This document shows, in pieces, positions 34,147-44,089 of a stretch of DNA of 64,000 bases. Below the pieces are notes generated by a model. The model saw nothing but the letters and a program-made list of their open reading frames with translations, had not been told where the DNA came from and searched no databases. Position numbers and translations under genes: made by a program. The DNA comes from an uncultured Actinomycetota bacterium (GTDB lineage: Bacteria; Actinomycetota; Actinomycetes; S36-B12; UBA10799): assembly GCA_963704075.1 (NCBI GenBank), contig CAVPGV010000009.1, positions 244,286 to 308,285 on the forward strand. Reading direction: 5' to 3'. Position 1 is the first letter of the stretch. The number at the start of each line of letters is the position of its first letter.

Positions 34147-35350
34147 CTAAGCGGGGGCTACGTCATCCACATCAGCCGGTTGTGGATGCGCGCCCGAACG
34201 GCTGCCGATCGCGGTGGCGATCTGCGGGAACAACATCACGGACACTACGCCGGCGCCCACCAGCGTCGCCGCGTCCCCGTTCGTCATGAGCCCTGCCTCC
34301 TGGCCCACCTGGGACAGTGCGACGAGCAGTGGCAGGGCCGTTGACGTGTAGAAGACCATCTGCCACCGCTGGTTGACGGTGAGCACTTCCGGTACATGTA
34401 CAGTGCCGGCAGGCCGCGGATCGCCAGCATGAGGGCCGCGAAGACAATCGGCTTCCAGGGGGCGGCCAGGATCGACGCGATGTCGAGGGTCATCCCGGAG
34501 TTGATGAAGAAGATGGGGATGAACAGACCCCAACTGACGGCCTCCAATTTGCGCTCGAGGCTGTCGGTGTCGCCGGGCGCCCACCGCCGCAGCACAACGC
34601 CGGCCAGGAAACCGCCGAGCACGATGTCGAGGCCGAAGTCCTCGGCGAGCATCAGCAGGAACACCAGCAGGATCACCGTCCAGCGAAGGGTGATCTGTCC
34701 GGTGGCGTGCTCCTGCAGACTCAGCCGGACGGCGACACCGCGCCGCTGCGCCCGTATCAGCACTTGCAGCACCATGAACACCGCGATCCCCATCGCGACC
34801 AACGCGATGATCCCGCCGATGGCCCCCGTGGCGCTGAGGAGCAGGGCCATGGCGACGATCGGCAGGAATTCGCCGACCGCACCGGCGGCGAACACGAAAG
34901 GACCCAGCGCGGTCTTCAGCGTCCCGTTGTCGCGCAGGATCGGCAGCAGGGTCCCCAGCGCCGTGGTGGTCAGCGCGATCGTCACCTCCACACTTCCGTC
35001 GACCACCTAGAACTGCTGGAACACGAGCACCGCAGCCAAGCGCCATCACCGCGGTGAGCAGCCAGGATCGGATGGCGAGTTCTGCCCGGCAACTGACTGA
35101 ACAGGCGCGTCTCGAGTTCGTAGCCGGCCATGAGGAAAAGGAACCCGAGCCCGAGTTGCGACAGCGCCTCGATCTGATCCGGGCTGGCCCAGTTGAGTGC
35201 TTCCGGGCCGATCAGGATCCCCCCGAGGATCAGGAAGACGACCTGCGGCAGCGACGGACCCGGCAGCAGTGCTGTGATCATCGGGGCGATCCCGGCGACG
35301 ACCGCGACCGCGAACAGGGACTCCAGCAGAGAGGGCATGGCGTCAAGCAT
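34147..35350 (-). pseudogene. Cation:proton antiporter (CPA2/Kef-type) with multiple lesions
   Basis: Fragments 34982..35350, 34284..35006 and the tail of 34147..35049 are collinear pieces of one Na+/H+-exchanger-family TM protein. Frame changes lie near 35085, 35035 and 34390. There is also an apparent in-frame TAG (plus-strand CTA at 35007-35009) in ...AAVLVFQQF*VVDGSVEVTIA. Confidence 0.75.
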
Positions 35351-35395
35351 GCCCGGCCGTGATGCGATCCGCTCGCATCACGGCCCTACCGGCCC

Positions 35396-35803
35396 TCAGT
35401 TGGCCAAGGCCTCCTGCAGCCTGGTCGTGCACTCCTGGACCTTCGTCGCCTGCGACGGATCGTTGATCAGCTCCTGGGTGAGCTGCGACGCGATGTCCTG
35501 CAGTTCCTGGGCCTTCGCCTGCAACGCAGTGGCGTCCACCGACGTCGGATCATCGATCAGTTTCTTGGCCTCGGCGGCGTACTCATCGACCTTCTGGCAG
35601 TACTCGTCGACCGCACTACCGGCCTCCATGGTCCCGTCGGTGGCCTCCATCGAAGCGCCCTCGGTCGGCTCCATGGCCTCGGTCTCGGCGGGGGTGGCCG
35701 CGGCGGTCGTCTCAGTGGCAGTGGTGGTGTCGTCGCCGCCGCACGCGGCCAGGCCACCGAACAGCAGGGGCACCACGACAACAATTCCCAGTAGTCTCTT
35801 CAT
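35396..35803 (-). CDS. Small secreted lipoprotein, helical acidic C-terminal domain
   Basis: ATG at 35803 (MKRLLGIVVVVPLLFGGLAACGG) gives the LAAC lipobox. The ORF is 135 aa and carries two Cys (EYCQK, QECTT). Confidence 0.65.
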   Translation of the reverse strand: MKRLLGIVVVVPLLFGGLAACGGDDTTTATETTAAATPAETEAMEPTEGASMEATDGTMEAGSAVDEYCQKVDEYAAEAKKLIDDPTSVDATALQAKAQELQDIASQLTQELINDPSQATKVQECTTRLQEALAN

Positions 35804-35948
35804 CGGGCCCTCCCAGGCATCGGATCGGGCGACTCTACCGGAGGAAGCGACGTTGCCATAGGGACCGAACGGCCGAACCTCGATCTCCGGTGTCTCCGCA
35901 CATGTCGAAGCACCTCGCGAACCTGACCGAACCCCCTGCTGGCGCGAC

Positions 35949-36656
35949 TCAGCGCGGCCGCCGGTGCTCGGTCCACTGCCGCCCATCCCACCACCGCAAC
36001 TGGTTCGGGTCCTCGGGGTCGGGGTACCAGGAGCCGATCTGGTCGGGGTTCTGGATCGGGGCCGACGGCGCCGAATGACCCGCAGCCGGTGCCATCCCGT
36101 AGTAGCCAGTGGCCGCGGCCGGTTCTGGCGCGCGCCGGCCCAGGACCGCCGCGACGATCAGCCAGACCACACCGACCACCGAGAGGAACCCTCCGAGCAT
36201 GGCCAGTCCCGCACCACGGAACGCACCCAGCAGCGTCTGCGAGACGGACGGGCCGAGCACGAGGGTGGCACCGGAGTCCGTGGCCGAAACGGTGTAGGAA
36301 CCGGCGGTGTCGGCGGTGAAGGAGACCACACCGACATACGTCGCGTCGCCGAGCGTGACGGTGGTCTTCGTCGATCCGCAGGAGATGCAAGTGACCGGGA
36401 CGGCGCCGGCGGGGCCGGTGACCGTGATCGAATCCGGGTCGATCGTCACCCGGGCCGAGGTCGCGTCGGTGATTCCCGCGGACTCATACACGACGTAGCC
36501 GCCGGGTTCCAGCTGCGAGGTGCTCTCACCGGGGGTGCGCCATTGCTCCCCCACCGTGTTCAAGGACGACGCGACGCCGCTGACCGCGTTCACCACCCCG
36601 ACGGCGAACACGACCACTCCGAGCACGATCAGCAGGATGGGCAGCACCTTGCGCAT
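35949..36656 (-). CDS. Membrane-anchored protein with C-terminal DUF2510 motif
   Basis: ATG at 36656 (MRKVLPILLIVLGVVVFAVGVV...), a second TM helix, then GSWYPDPEDPNQLRWWDGRQWTEH, which is typical of DUF2510. Confidence 0.65.
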   Translation of the reverse strand: MRKVLPILLIVLGVVVFAVGVVNAVSGVASSLNTVGEQWRTPGESTSQLEPGGYVVYESAGITDATSARVTIDPDSITVTGPAGAVPVTCISCGSTKTTVTLGDATYVGVVSFTADTAGSYTVSATDSGATLVLGPSVSQTLLGAFRGAGLAMLGGFLSVVGVVWLIVAAVLGRRAPEPAAATGYYGMAPAAGHSAPSAPIQNPDQIGSWYPDPEDPNQLRWWDGRQWTEHRRPR

Positions 36657-36752
36657 ATCCCCAGCCTGCCACGTTCCTGGCCCAGGAGGCACCGAATACA
36701 ACCACGACGAACCGGCGCAGAGGGCGCCTGCACAGGCGTAGGCTTGATCGGT

Positions 36753-38144
36753 GTGAGCGACTTCGACGACTTCATCGACGGTTTCTATCCCTACCGCAAG
36801 GAAACGGTCAACTACCGTCGGATCCCCGACGAACCACGCGACCGCTCCGAGATCCTCTCCGAGATCGCCTCCATGGCCAGTCGCGAGGATGCCACCGGCG
36901 ATGAGGGCAAGGTGTCGGGCAGCCTCTACAGCGGCGACCACGAGCACTACGCCTACCTCGGGGAGGTGTTCTCTCAGTTCTCGCATGCGAACGTGCTGCA
37001 GCGCGACATGTACCCCTCCGCAACGAAGTTCGAGGCTGAGATCATCGCTATGGTCCTGGACCTGCTCAACGGCGACGCGAACGCGTGCGGAGTGGTCACC
37101 AGCGGCGGTTCCGAGTCACTGATCACCGCGTTGTACACCTACCGCGAGGCAGCGCGCGAGCGCGGAGTGACCAAGCCCAACGTCGTCATGCCGATCACCG
37201 CGCACGTGGCGTTGGACAAGGGCGCCTACTGGATGGACATCGAGGTCCGCCACGCACCGCTGACCGACAAGTACACCGCCGACGTCGCAGCGATGGCCGA
37301 CCTGATCGACGACCAAACCATCGCGCTGGTCGGTTCGGCCGGTGACTACGGCCACGGCCTGATCGACCCCATCGAGGACATCGCGGCGCTTGCCGCCGAA
37401 CGCGGGATCGGAATGCACGTCGACGGGTGCCTCGGCGGGCTGCTGTGGCCGTGGGCCGAGGAACTCGGCTACGACATCCCGCTGTGGGACTTCCGGGTCC
37501 CCGGCGTCACCTCGATCTCCGCGGACACGCACAAGTACGGCTACTCGATCAAAGGCACGTCCACGTTGCTCTACCGCGACAAGGACCTGCGTCGTCACCA
37601 GTACTTCACGTACCCGGATTGGCCCGGCGGCCTCTACCTGTCCCCCGGGCTGGCCGGTTCCCGCTCGGGCGGCCTGATCGCGGCCACATGGGCGGCGATG
37701 GTCACCACCGGACGTCAGGGGTACCTGGACGCTGCGCGCGGGATCATGGAGACCGCGGCCACCATCCGCGCCGGCATCGACGACATGAACGGGCTGCAGG
37801 TCATCGGCGACCCCAAGTTCCTCATCGCGTTCATGGCTGACCGCGACGACCTCGACATCTACCTGGTCAACGACGCGCTGAAGAAAGCCGGCTGGCGCAT
37901 GAACGCCCTGCAGTTGCCGGCTGCGCTGCACTTCTGCGTCACCCGCCCCAACACCCGGCCCGGTATCGCGCAGGCCTTCCTCGATGACCTGCAGGGTGCT
38001 GTCGACTACGCGCTGGACAACGTCGGAACACCGGCTGCCAGCGGCGCGATGTACGGCTTCGGTCACACCCCGCAGGGCAACCAGACGATCAACATGCTGA
38101 TGTCCGGGGTCCTGGACGCGATGCACGAGGTGGCTCCCGAGTGA
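36753..38144 (+). CDS. PLP-dependent group II decarboxylase-fold enzyme, sphingosine-1-phosphate-lyase-like
   Basis: About 463 codons from GTG 36753; TTG 36744 is also possible. The PLP-lysine context is SISADTHKYGYS. Blocks GGSESLITAL and HVDGCLGG are present, and the overall pattern resembles bacterial SPL homologues. Confidence 0.7.
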   Translation: MSDFDDFIDGFYPYRKETVNYRRIPDEPRDRSEILSEIASMASREDATGDEGKVSGSLYSGDHEHYAYLGEVFSQFSHANVLQRDMYPSATKFEAEIIAMVLDLLNGDANACGVVTSGGSESLITALYTYREAARERGVTKPNVVMPITAHVALDKGAYWMDIEVRHAPLTDKYTADVAAMADLIDDQTIALVGSAGDYGHGLIDPIEDIAALAAERGIGMHVDGCLGGLLWPWAEELGYDIPLWDFRVPGVTSISADTHKYGYSIKGTSTLLYRDKDLRRHQYFTYPDWPGGLYLSPGLAGSRSGGLIAATWAAMVTTGRQGYLDAARGIMETAATIRAGIDDMNGLQVIGDPKFLIAFMADRDDLDIYLVNDALKKAGWRMNALQLPAALHFCVTRPNTRPGIAQAFLDDLQGAVDYALDNVGTPAASGAMYGFGHTPQGNQTINMLMSGVLDAMHEVAPE

Positions 38145-39733
38145 GTTGGATCCTGGCCATCGACCTCGGCAACGGTGGCCCGAAGGTCGCCGCCGTCGAC
38201 GTCGACGGTCGGATTCTCGCCACCGCCTTCCAGCCGGTATCGGTGTACGTGGGCCGCGACGGGACCGCCACCCAGGACGCCATCGAATGGGAAGTGGCCC
38301 TGCGCTCGGCCATCGCCCGGGTGACCGAGGACGTGTCACGCGACGAGTTGTACGCGATCGGCATCACCGGCCAATGGGCCTCCACCGTTCCGGTCGGCCC
38401 GGACGACACACCCGCGGGACCCGTCATGCTGTGGTCCGACACCCGCTCGCGGCACAACGTCCGCAAACTCATCGGCGGGCCGATCTCGTTCGGAGGATAC
38501 GCACCGCAGAAGGTGCTGCCCTGGCTGCGGATCACCGGCGGCGCCCCCAATCCGTCCGGAGCCGATCCCACCGGGCACTCGCTGCTGCTGCAGAACGAAC
38601 TGTCCGAGATCGGTGCGCGCTGCCGCGTGCTGCTGGAGCCGGTGGACTACGTGGCTTTCCTGCTCACGGGCAGGGCTGCGGCGACGCCCGCGTCCATGAC
38701 CGCCTCCTGGTTGACCGACAACCACATCGGGGCCGAGCCGGTGTACGTCGACGACCTGGTGCGGCGTTCCGGGCGCAATCGCGACCTGCTTCCGGAACTG
38801 ATCCCCACTGGATCGATCCAGGGCGCTCTGCTGCCCGAACCAGCCGAACGGCTCGGGCTCAAAGCCGGCGTGCCCGTCGCCTGCGGGATACCCGATGTCC
38901 ACGCCGCTGTGATCGGCAGCGGCGCGGTCAGCGCCTACGACACGCACCTGGCGGTGTCCACCACGGCTTGGCTGTCCGCGCGGGTCCCGTTCAAGCGCAC
39001 CGACATCCTGCACTCGATCGCGACCCTGCCCGGCATGGACCCGACGATGAACCTCGTCGGGAACAACATCGAGACCGGCGGCGCCGCGCTGTCCTGGCTG
39101 CGCGAGCAGATCATCGCCCCTTCCGACGGCTTGCTCGGCGGGGGCAGTGGCATCGGTGCCGACGGCGCCGCCCCGGTCTTCGAGCAGCCGACGTACGACG
39201 CCCTGACCACCTTGGCGGCTACCGCGCCGGCCGGATGCGAAGGTCTGATCTTCACGCCATGGCTGGCCGGGGAGCGCAGCCCGATCGAGGACAAGAACCT
39301 GCGGGCGGCCTTCGTCAACATGTCGTTCCGCACCGACCGGGCGATGATGGTCCGCGCAGTGCTGGAAGGCGTCGCGCTCAACATCGCGTGGCTGTTCGCC
39401 TATTACGAGAAGTACCTCAAACGCCCGGTTCCGAGCCTGCGCATCCTGGGCGGTGGCGCGCAGTCCGACCTGTGGTGTTCGATCATCGCGTCCACACTGG
39501 ACCGGCGCATCGAACAGGTGGAGGACCCGCTCAACGCACAACTGCGGGGGGTGGCCATGTGGGCGCTGGTATGCATGGGCGAACTGACTCTGGAGCAGGC
39601 GGCAGCGCGCGTCCCGGTGGCACGGACGTTCGAGCCGGTGCCCGGGGAGCGCGAGGTCTACCAGCGCCATTTCACTGAGTACAAGAAGCTCTACCCGGCC
39701 CTGAAGGGCTTCTACCGGCGGATGAACGGATAG
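38141..39733 (+). CDS. FGGY-family carbohydrate/polyol kinase
   Basis: 530 aa. The GTG start forms a GTGA overlap with the preceding stop. The N-terminal motif ILAIDLGNGGPKVA and the C-terminal FGGY block (LRILGGGAQSDLWCSIIA) are present. Confidence 0.8.
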   Translation: MSWILAIDLGNGGPKVAAVDVDGRILATAFQPVSVYVGRDGTATQDAIEWEVALRSAIARVTEDVSRDELYAIGITGQWASTVPVGPDDTPAGPVMLWSDTRSRHNVRKLIGGPISFGGYAPQKVLPWLRITGGAPNPSGADPTGHSLLLQNELSEIGARCRVLLEPVDYVAFLLTGRAAATPASMTASWLTDNHIGAEPVYVDDLVRRSGRNRDLLPELIPTGSIQGALLPEPAERLGLKAGVPVACGIPDVHAAVIGSGAVSAYDTHLAVSTTAWLSARVPFKRTDILHSIATLPGMDPTMNLVGNNIETGGAALSWLREQIIAPSDGLLGGGSGIGADGAAPVFEQPTYDALTTLAATAPAGCEGLIFTPWLAGERSPIEDKNLRAAFVNMSFRTDRAMMVRAVLEGVALNIAWLFAYYEKYLKRPVPSLRILGGGAQSDLWCSIIASTLDRRIEQVEDPLNAQLRGVAMWALVCMGELTLEQAAARVPVARTFEPVPGEREVYQRHFTEYKKLYPALKGFYRRMNG

Positions 39734-39736
39734 CCG

Positions 39737-39765
39737 CGACTCTGACTCACCTGGGTCAGAGTCGG
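39737..39765 (+). terminator. Hairpin immediately after the kinase gene (possible intrinsic terminator, no U-tract)
   Basis: CGACTCTGAC (39737-39746) pairs perfectly with GTCAGAGTCG (39756-39765) around a 9-nt loop. The hairpin begins 4 nt after the stop. Confidence 0.4.
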
Positions 39766-39855
39766 GTTGGGCCCGCGACCCACCCGACGAAAACTGAATC
39801 ACCTCGCAATGGGCTGCCTCAGGCGTAACCTGGAAGCGGATAGGAGGTGGGCGAG

Positions 39856-41523
39856 ATGTCCGACCTCGAGTCTCTCGACGTTGCCATTCGCGACCTGAAG
39901 GAGGGGTTGCCCTCCTGGCTGGAGACGCCGCTACCGGCGAAGATCCGGCTGCTGGAATCCGTCCGCCATCGGCTGGGTGAAGAAGCCGAGGGGATGGTGG
40001 CGGCCGCGTGCGACGCACAAGGCACCGCGCCTGACGGGCCGTGGATCGGCCATCAGTGGTCGGCCCTGTGGCCCTTCCTGCAGCATCTGCGTGCATTCGA
40101 GGAGGTGCTGGGGCGGATCGCGGCCGAAAAGCCGCCGCTGCCGGACAGCGCCGTTCACACCCTTGCGAACGGGCAGGTGGCGGTGGACGTGTTTCCCGTC
40201 ACCTGGAGTGAGAAGGTGCTCTACTCGGGGTTCCAGACGCAGGTGTGGATTCAGCCCGGGGTGACAGCCGAACAGGTGCGAGCCGACGCCGCCCGGGCCT
40301 ACCGCGGTGACGGGTTCGAGAGTCCAGGGGTGGCCCTGGCGCTGGGGGCGGGCAACGTCGCGTCCTTGCCGGCCATGGATGTGTTGTATCTGCTGTACGC
40401 CGAGGGCTGCGTGGTCGCGCTGAAGATGAATCCGGTGAACGCCTACCTGCGCCCCTTCTTCGAGCGGATCTTCGCCGACTTCGTCGACCGGGGATGGCTG
40501 CGATTCGTCGATGGTGGCGCGCAGGAGGGCCAATACCTGGCTCACCACCCGAACGTGGACCGCTTGCACATGACCGGGTCGGCGGCGACCTACGACGCCC
40601 TGGTCTGGGGCACCGGCGAGCAGGGGGACCGCAACCGGGCCGGTGGAAGGCCGCTGCTGGACAAACCGTTCACCTGTGAGTTGGGCGGGGTGAGCCCGAT
40701 GATCGTGGTGCCTGGGGACTGGAGCGCCGCGGACGTGCGGCGGCAGGCCGACAAGATCGTCGGGTCCAAGTTGCTCAACTGCGGCCACATCTGTGCTGCT
40801 CCGCAGATCCTGATCCTGCCGCAGGACTGGCCCCAGGCCGACGAACTGCTCGAGCAGGTCCGCGAATTGATGCGCACCCTGCCACCCAATGCGCCCTACT
40901 ACCCGGGCACTGATGAGAACGTAGCGCGGGCTCTCGCCGGTCAGCCGGGTGCCGAACCGCTGCAGGGTGAAGGTCGGCGGGTGCTGGTCACGGGTTTGGA
41001 CCCTGCGGAGGATGCCAGCCTGTTCAGCGACGAGGTGTTCGCCGACGTCCTCGGGGTGGTTCGGCTGCCCGCCGCGACGGTGGCCGATTACCTCGCCGCT
41101 GCGACCGAATTCGCCAACGGGCGCCTGGCCGGCAGCCTCGCCGCCACGATGCTGGTGCACCCGGCGACGATCAAGGCCCATGCGGGCGCGGTGGAGCGCG
41201 CGGTCGCGGATCTCAGGTACGGCGCCGTCGGGATCAACGAGTACGCCGTCATGGTGGACGGGCTCGGGTACGCGACGTGGGGCGGCTACCCGGGGGCGAC
41301 GCCGGCGGAGGTCAGCAGCGGGATCGGCGTGGTGGGCAACGCTTTTCTGCTACCGAAGCCGCAGAAGTCGGTTCTCACGGGCGAATTCCACCCTCTGATG
41401 AAACCCACCACTGCCGCGAGCCATCGGACGATCGCGACCGTCTTCCGTCGGGTGGTGCACTTCGAGGCCACCGACCATGTGACGGATCTGCCGGGGATCT
41501 TCCTGGCAGCCATGCGGGGGTGA
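39856..41523 (+). CDS. Aldehyde dehydrogenase family protein (divergent subfamily)
   Basis: ATG at 39856 lies 8 nt after GGAGG; GTG at 39847 is an alternative. ALDH blocks are FTCELGGVSP and the catalytic Cys context NCGHICAAPQ. Confidence 0.75.
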   Translation: MSDLESLDVAIRDLKEGLPSWLETPLPAKIRLLESVRHRLGEEAEGMVAAACDAQGTAPDGPWIGHQWSALWPFLQHLRAFEEVLGRIAAEKPPLPDSAVHTLANGQVAVDVFPVTWSEKVLYSGFQTQVWIQPGVTAEQVRADAARAYRGDGFESPGVALALGAGNVASLPAMDVLYLLYAEGCVVALKMNPVNAYLRPFFERIFADFVDRGWLRFVDGGAQEGQYLAHHPNVDRLHMTGSAATYDALVWGTGEQGDRNRAGGRPLLDKPFTCELGGVSPMIVVPGDWSAADVRRQADKIVGSKLLNCGHICAAPQILILPQDWPQADELLEQVRELMRTLPPNAPYYPGTDENVARALAGQPGAEPLQGEGRRVLVTGLDPAEDASLFSDEVFADVLGVVRLPAATVADYLAAATEFANGRLAGSLAATMLVHPATIKAHAGAVERAVADLRYGAVGINEYAVMVDGLGYATWGGYPGATPAEVSSGIGVVGNAFLLPKPQKSVLTGEFHPLMKPTTAASHRTIATVFRRVVHFEATDHVTDLPGIFLAAMRG

Positions 41524-41645
41524 CCCCGTTCGAGGGTCCGGCCCTGCCGGGCTGCAGGCCGCCCTAGGTTGCCGTCCGTGCACTTCGCCGGTGTTGGTCT
41601 GCGCGTCCGGTGTGATCGACACCAGAGGAGTGGACACTGTCAGTG

Positions 41646-42051
41646 TCAGAATCCGCGCGTGAGATCAAGCAGGCGGTCGCGCAGCGCAGTCGCCACCGCC
41701 GGCAGCTCACCGGCCGCGAGGTTGAGCAGACCACGATCACGCACTCGCACGGCGCCTGTGGCATTGCCCCGCATGGCGTGGGTCAATGCCACAGCCAGTT
41801 GCGCCATGCCCTTCCACGCGGTGCGCTCCGGTTCCGAGGACACCTTCCAAACCGCTTCCAAGACCTCGTGCGCTTGGAACGGCAGCCCTTCATCCAGCAG
41901 ATGACCGGCATGAGCGACCACCGCCGCCGGGCTGGTGTCGATGTCCTCGGGCAACGGGTGCCACACCCGGGCGCCCGGGCGGCAACGGCCTGCCCAACTC
42001 GTCCCGCGGCCGGGCATTGCGGGGGCGTCCGGACGTGTCGCGGTCACGCAT
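41646..42051 (-). pseudogene. DUF309 domain protein, one frame break as assembled
   Basis: The N-terminal MRDRDTSGRPRNARPRDELGRPLPPGRPGV is in the frame of ORF 41890..42120. The C-terminal HPLPEDID...LLDEGLPFQAHEVLEAVWK...WKGMAQLAVALTHAMRGN is in ORF 41646..42287. The junction is at about 41955-41965. The span is 406 nt, which is 3n+1. Confidence 0.7.
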
Positions 42052-43210
42052 CCGGTTGCCCCTTGGCACTGAGATACGCACGCCTGACATCGACCGCCTG
42101 TTGCAGCGACGCGCCCACATCCTCGGAGAAGGAGGCCCGGTACACCGGGTCGCTGGCTGCGTAGACGGTGGTGTAGAAAGCGGCGAACGCTCCCAGGAAC
42201 GTGGCCACGCGGATCAGTGCGCGGGACAGCACATGGTCCTGGCCGATCGTCCAGAACACGTCCGCCGAGCCCAGGTCGCCCAGCCATGCCTGTTGCACGG
42301 GTGCGGTGATCGCGACCACGCCGAAGACGATGAAGAAAGCCCAGACCAGAAGCCCGATCAGAGCGGCCTGGATCACCTGGGTGGACAGCGCGGCGATGAC
42401 CATCGCCCGTCGCTGCGGCCGGTGCAGGTCCGCCTCGCCCACCTCCTGCATTCCCTGCACGACCCCCTCCATCGGCGTGCGCGCGCAGGCGGCCCGCACC
42501 TCCTCGATCGGTGCGTCCAGCCGGAGGGTGGCGATCTGATCCCGCGTCCGGTCAAGGGTCACCAGCACCCCGAAGATGAGCAGCAGGCCGCTGCTGCCCC
42601 ACAGGACCGGACCGTCGAGACTTCCCGCCACCTGCCACATCTCGGTGTTGATGAACAGCACGATCATGACGATCAGCAGCAGCGGCAGGGCCTTCGTGGC
42701 GACGGCGTAGAGGTCGCCGGCGGACCGGGCGGTCTGCCGGATCGCCCAACCGGCCATCGCCAGCAGCGCGAACCGCGTGACGAAGTAGATGACGCCGAGC
42801 AGCAGCACCTGGAGCAGCAGCGACGCGACGACCGTGTGCCAGGTGATGTCGACACCCTCGATGCGACGGCCGTACTGGATCGCGTCGGGGAGGGCCCCCG
42901 CCGCGACGAATCCCAGCAGGACCGGCCAGCCGACCCGTTCGGACGGAGCGAACCAGTAGCCCCGGCGGCGTTTCGACCACAGTCCCACGAGAACGAGGGC
43001 CAGGACGGCCACCAACACCGTGAACACCGGCAGGACCCGGCTGCCGCTGTTGAGAGCACTCCACAACGCCGACGAGAACTGGACCGCCAGGACCACGATC
43101 ATCGCAGGCACCGCCCTGGTCCAGATGTGCTCGCCGGAGTTGTAGTCATCGACGAACCGCGGTAGTCCGTTGCGCGCGAACCAGGTCTCGGTGCGCCGGA
43201 TGGGATCCAC
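42044..43210 (-). CDS. Integral membrane protein of unknown function
   Basis: 388-aa intact ORF with about 8 hydrophobic segments. I recognised no motif. It overlaps the DUF309 start by 8 nt. Confidence 0.6.
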   Translation of the reverse strand: MDPIRRTETWFARNGLPRFVDDYNSGEHIWTRAVPAMIVVLAVQFSSALWSALNSGSRVLPVFTVLVAVLALVLVGLWSKRRRGYWFAPSERVGWPVLLGFVAAGALPDAIQYGRRIEGVDITWHTVVASLLLQVLLLGVIYFVTRFALLAMAGWAIRQTARSAGDLYAVATKALPLLLIVMIVLFINTEMWQVAGSLDGPVLWGSSGLLLIFGVLVTLDRTRDQIATLRLDAPIEEVRAACARTPMEGVVQGMQEVGEADLHRPQRRAMVIAALSTQVIQAALIGLLVWAFFIVFGVVAITAPVQQAWLGDLGSADVFWTIGQDHVLSRALIRVATFLGAFAAFYTTVYAASDPVYRASFSEDVGASLQQAVDVRRAYLSAKGQPDA

Positions 43211-43269
43211 GGGAGAACGCTAGCGCCGACCGATGCGGCGGCGTGGATCCTGCGGGTGATCCGGCCGGA

Positions 43270-43657
43270 TCAGTCGGTCCCCGTGGCGGTCAACGGTGCC
43301 GCGGCCGAGGCCAGTTCACCGGCGAAGGCCGCCACGGATCCATCCAACCGGTCCAGTTGGCGCTCGCCGAGCATCAGTACCAGATCAGTGGCCGTCCGGG
43401 CCAGGACCACCGGGCTGCCGGTGGTGGAAACCATGGCCGCGACGTCCGCCGGCATCTCGTTGAGGTGGTAGCAGGCGGAACGGCACGCCGAGCGAATCAA
43501 CGAAAGCGTCCCACTGCTTCTTGCGGCGCACCGGGGAGTGGGTGATGTCGCACAGGGAGCAGTGGGTGCGTCCGAGGAGGTGCCCCAGCACGTACTTGGC
43601 CTCGCCGACGAGCCCGCCGTCCGCGTGATAGACCCCGATGTACTCCGTGATCGCCAT
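43270..43657 (-). pseudogene. Conserved-looking hypothetical protein with HCxxC motif, one frame break as assembled
   Basis: ATG at 43657 gives MAITEYIGVYHADGGLVGEAKYVLGHLLGRTHCSLCDITH...GVPFRL. It continues in another frame as HLNEMPADVAAMVSTTGSPVVLART.... The junction is at about 43465-43480. The span is 388 nt, which is 3n+1. Confidence 0.55.
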
Positions 43658-43706
43658 GGTTCCAGCCTGCGGCCCCCGGAGCCACGCCGCAACTAGACTC
43701 GGACGG

Positions 43707-44072
43707 GTGAAGGCGTGGGTGGCTGCGGTTCTGGACTTCGTGTGCGTTCTGGTTTTCGTCGCCGTGGGGATGCGGGCGCATTCCGAATCCGATTCGGTGG
43801 TGCAAGTGGCGGCGCCGTTCCTCGCAGCGCTCGCGCTCGGCTGGATCATCGCGATACCGCTGCGCCCACCGGAGTCCCTGCGCGCCGGCCTGGTGATCTG
43901 GATCATGACCCTGGTCGGCGGCATGCTGCTGCGGCGCACGTTCGGCGAGGGCACCGCCGGCGCGTTCATCGCCGTGGCCACCGCGTTCCTGGCGCTGACG
44001 ATGATCGGGTGGCGCGGGATCGCGCTGCTGGTGGTGCGACGGCGCGGCGGCGACTCGGCCCCGGCGACCTGA
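43707..44072 (+). CDS. DUF3054-like 4-TM membrane protein
   Basis: GTG at 43707 (VKAWVAAVLDFVCVLVFVAVGMRAHSE...) followed by 121 codons. It is divergent from the previous gene. Confidence 0.6.
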   Translation: MKAWVAAVLDFVCVLVFVAVGMRAHSESDSVVQVAAPFLAALALGWIIAIPLRPPESLRAGLVIWIMTLVGGMLLRRTFGEGTAGAFIAVATAFLALTMIGWRGIALLVVRRRGGDSAPAT

Positions 44073-44089
44073 TCGCCGCCACGATCACC

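Noticed and set aside
41633-41647. Palindrome GACACTG-T-CAGTGTC at the DUF309 stop.
   Set aside because: With 7-bp arms and a 1-nt centre it cannot form a stable RNA hairpin loop. It occurs once only and is likely chance in the convergent spacer.
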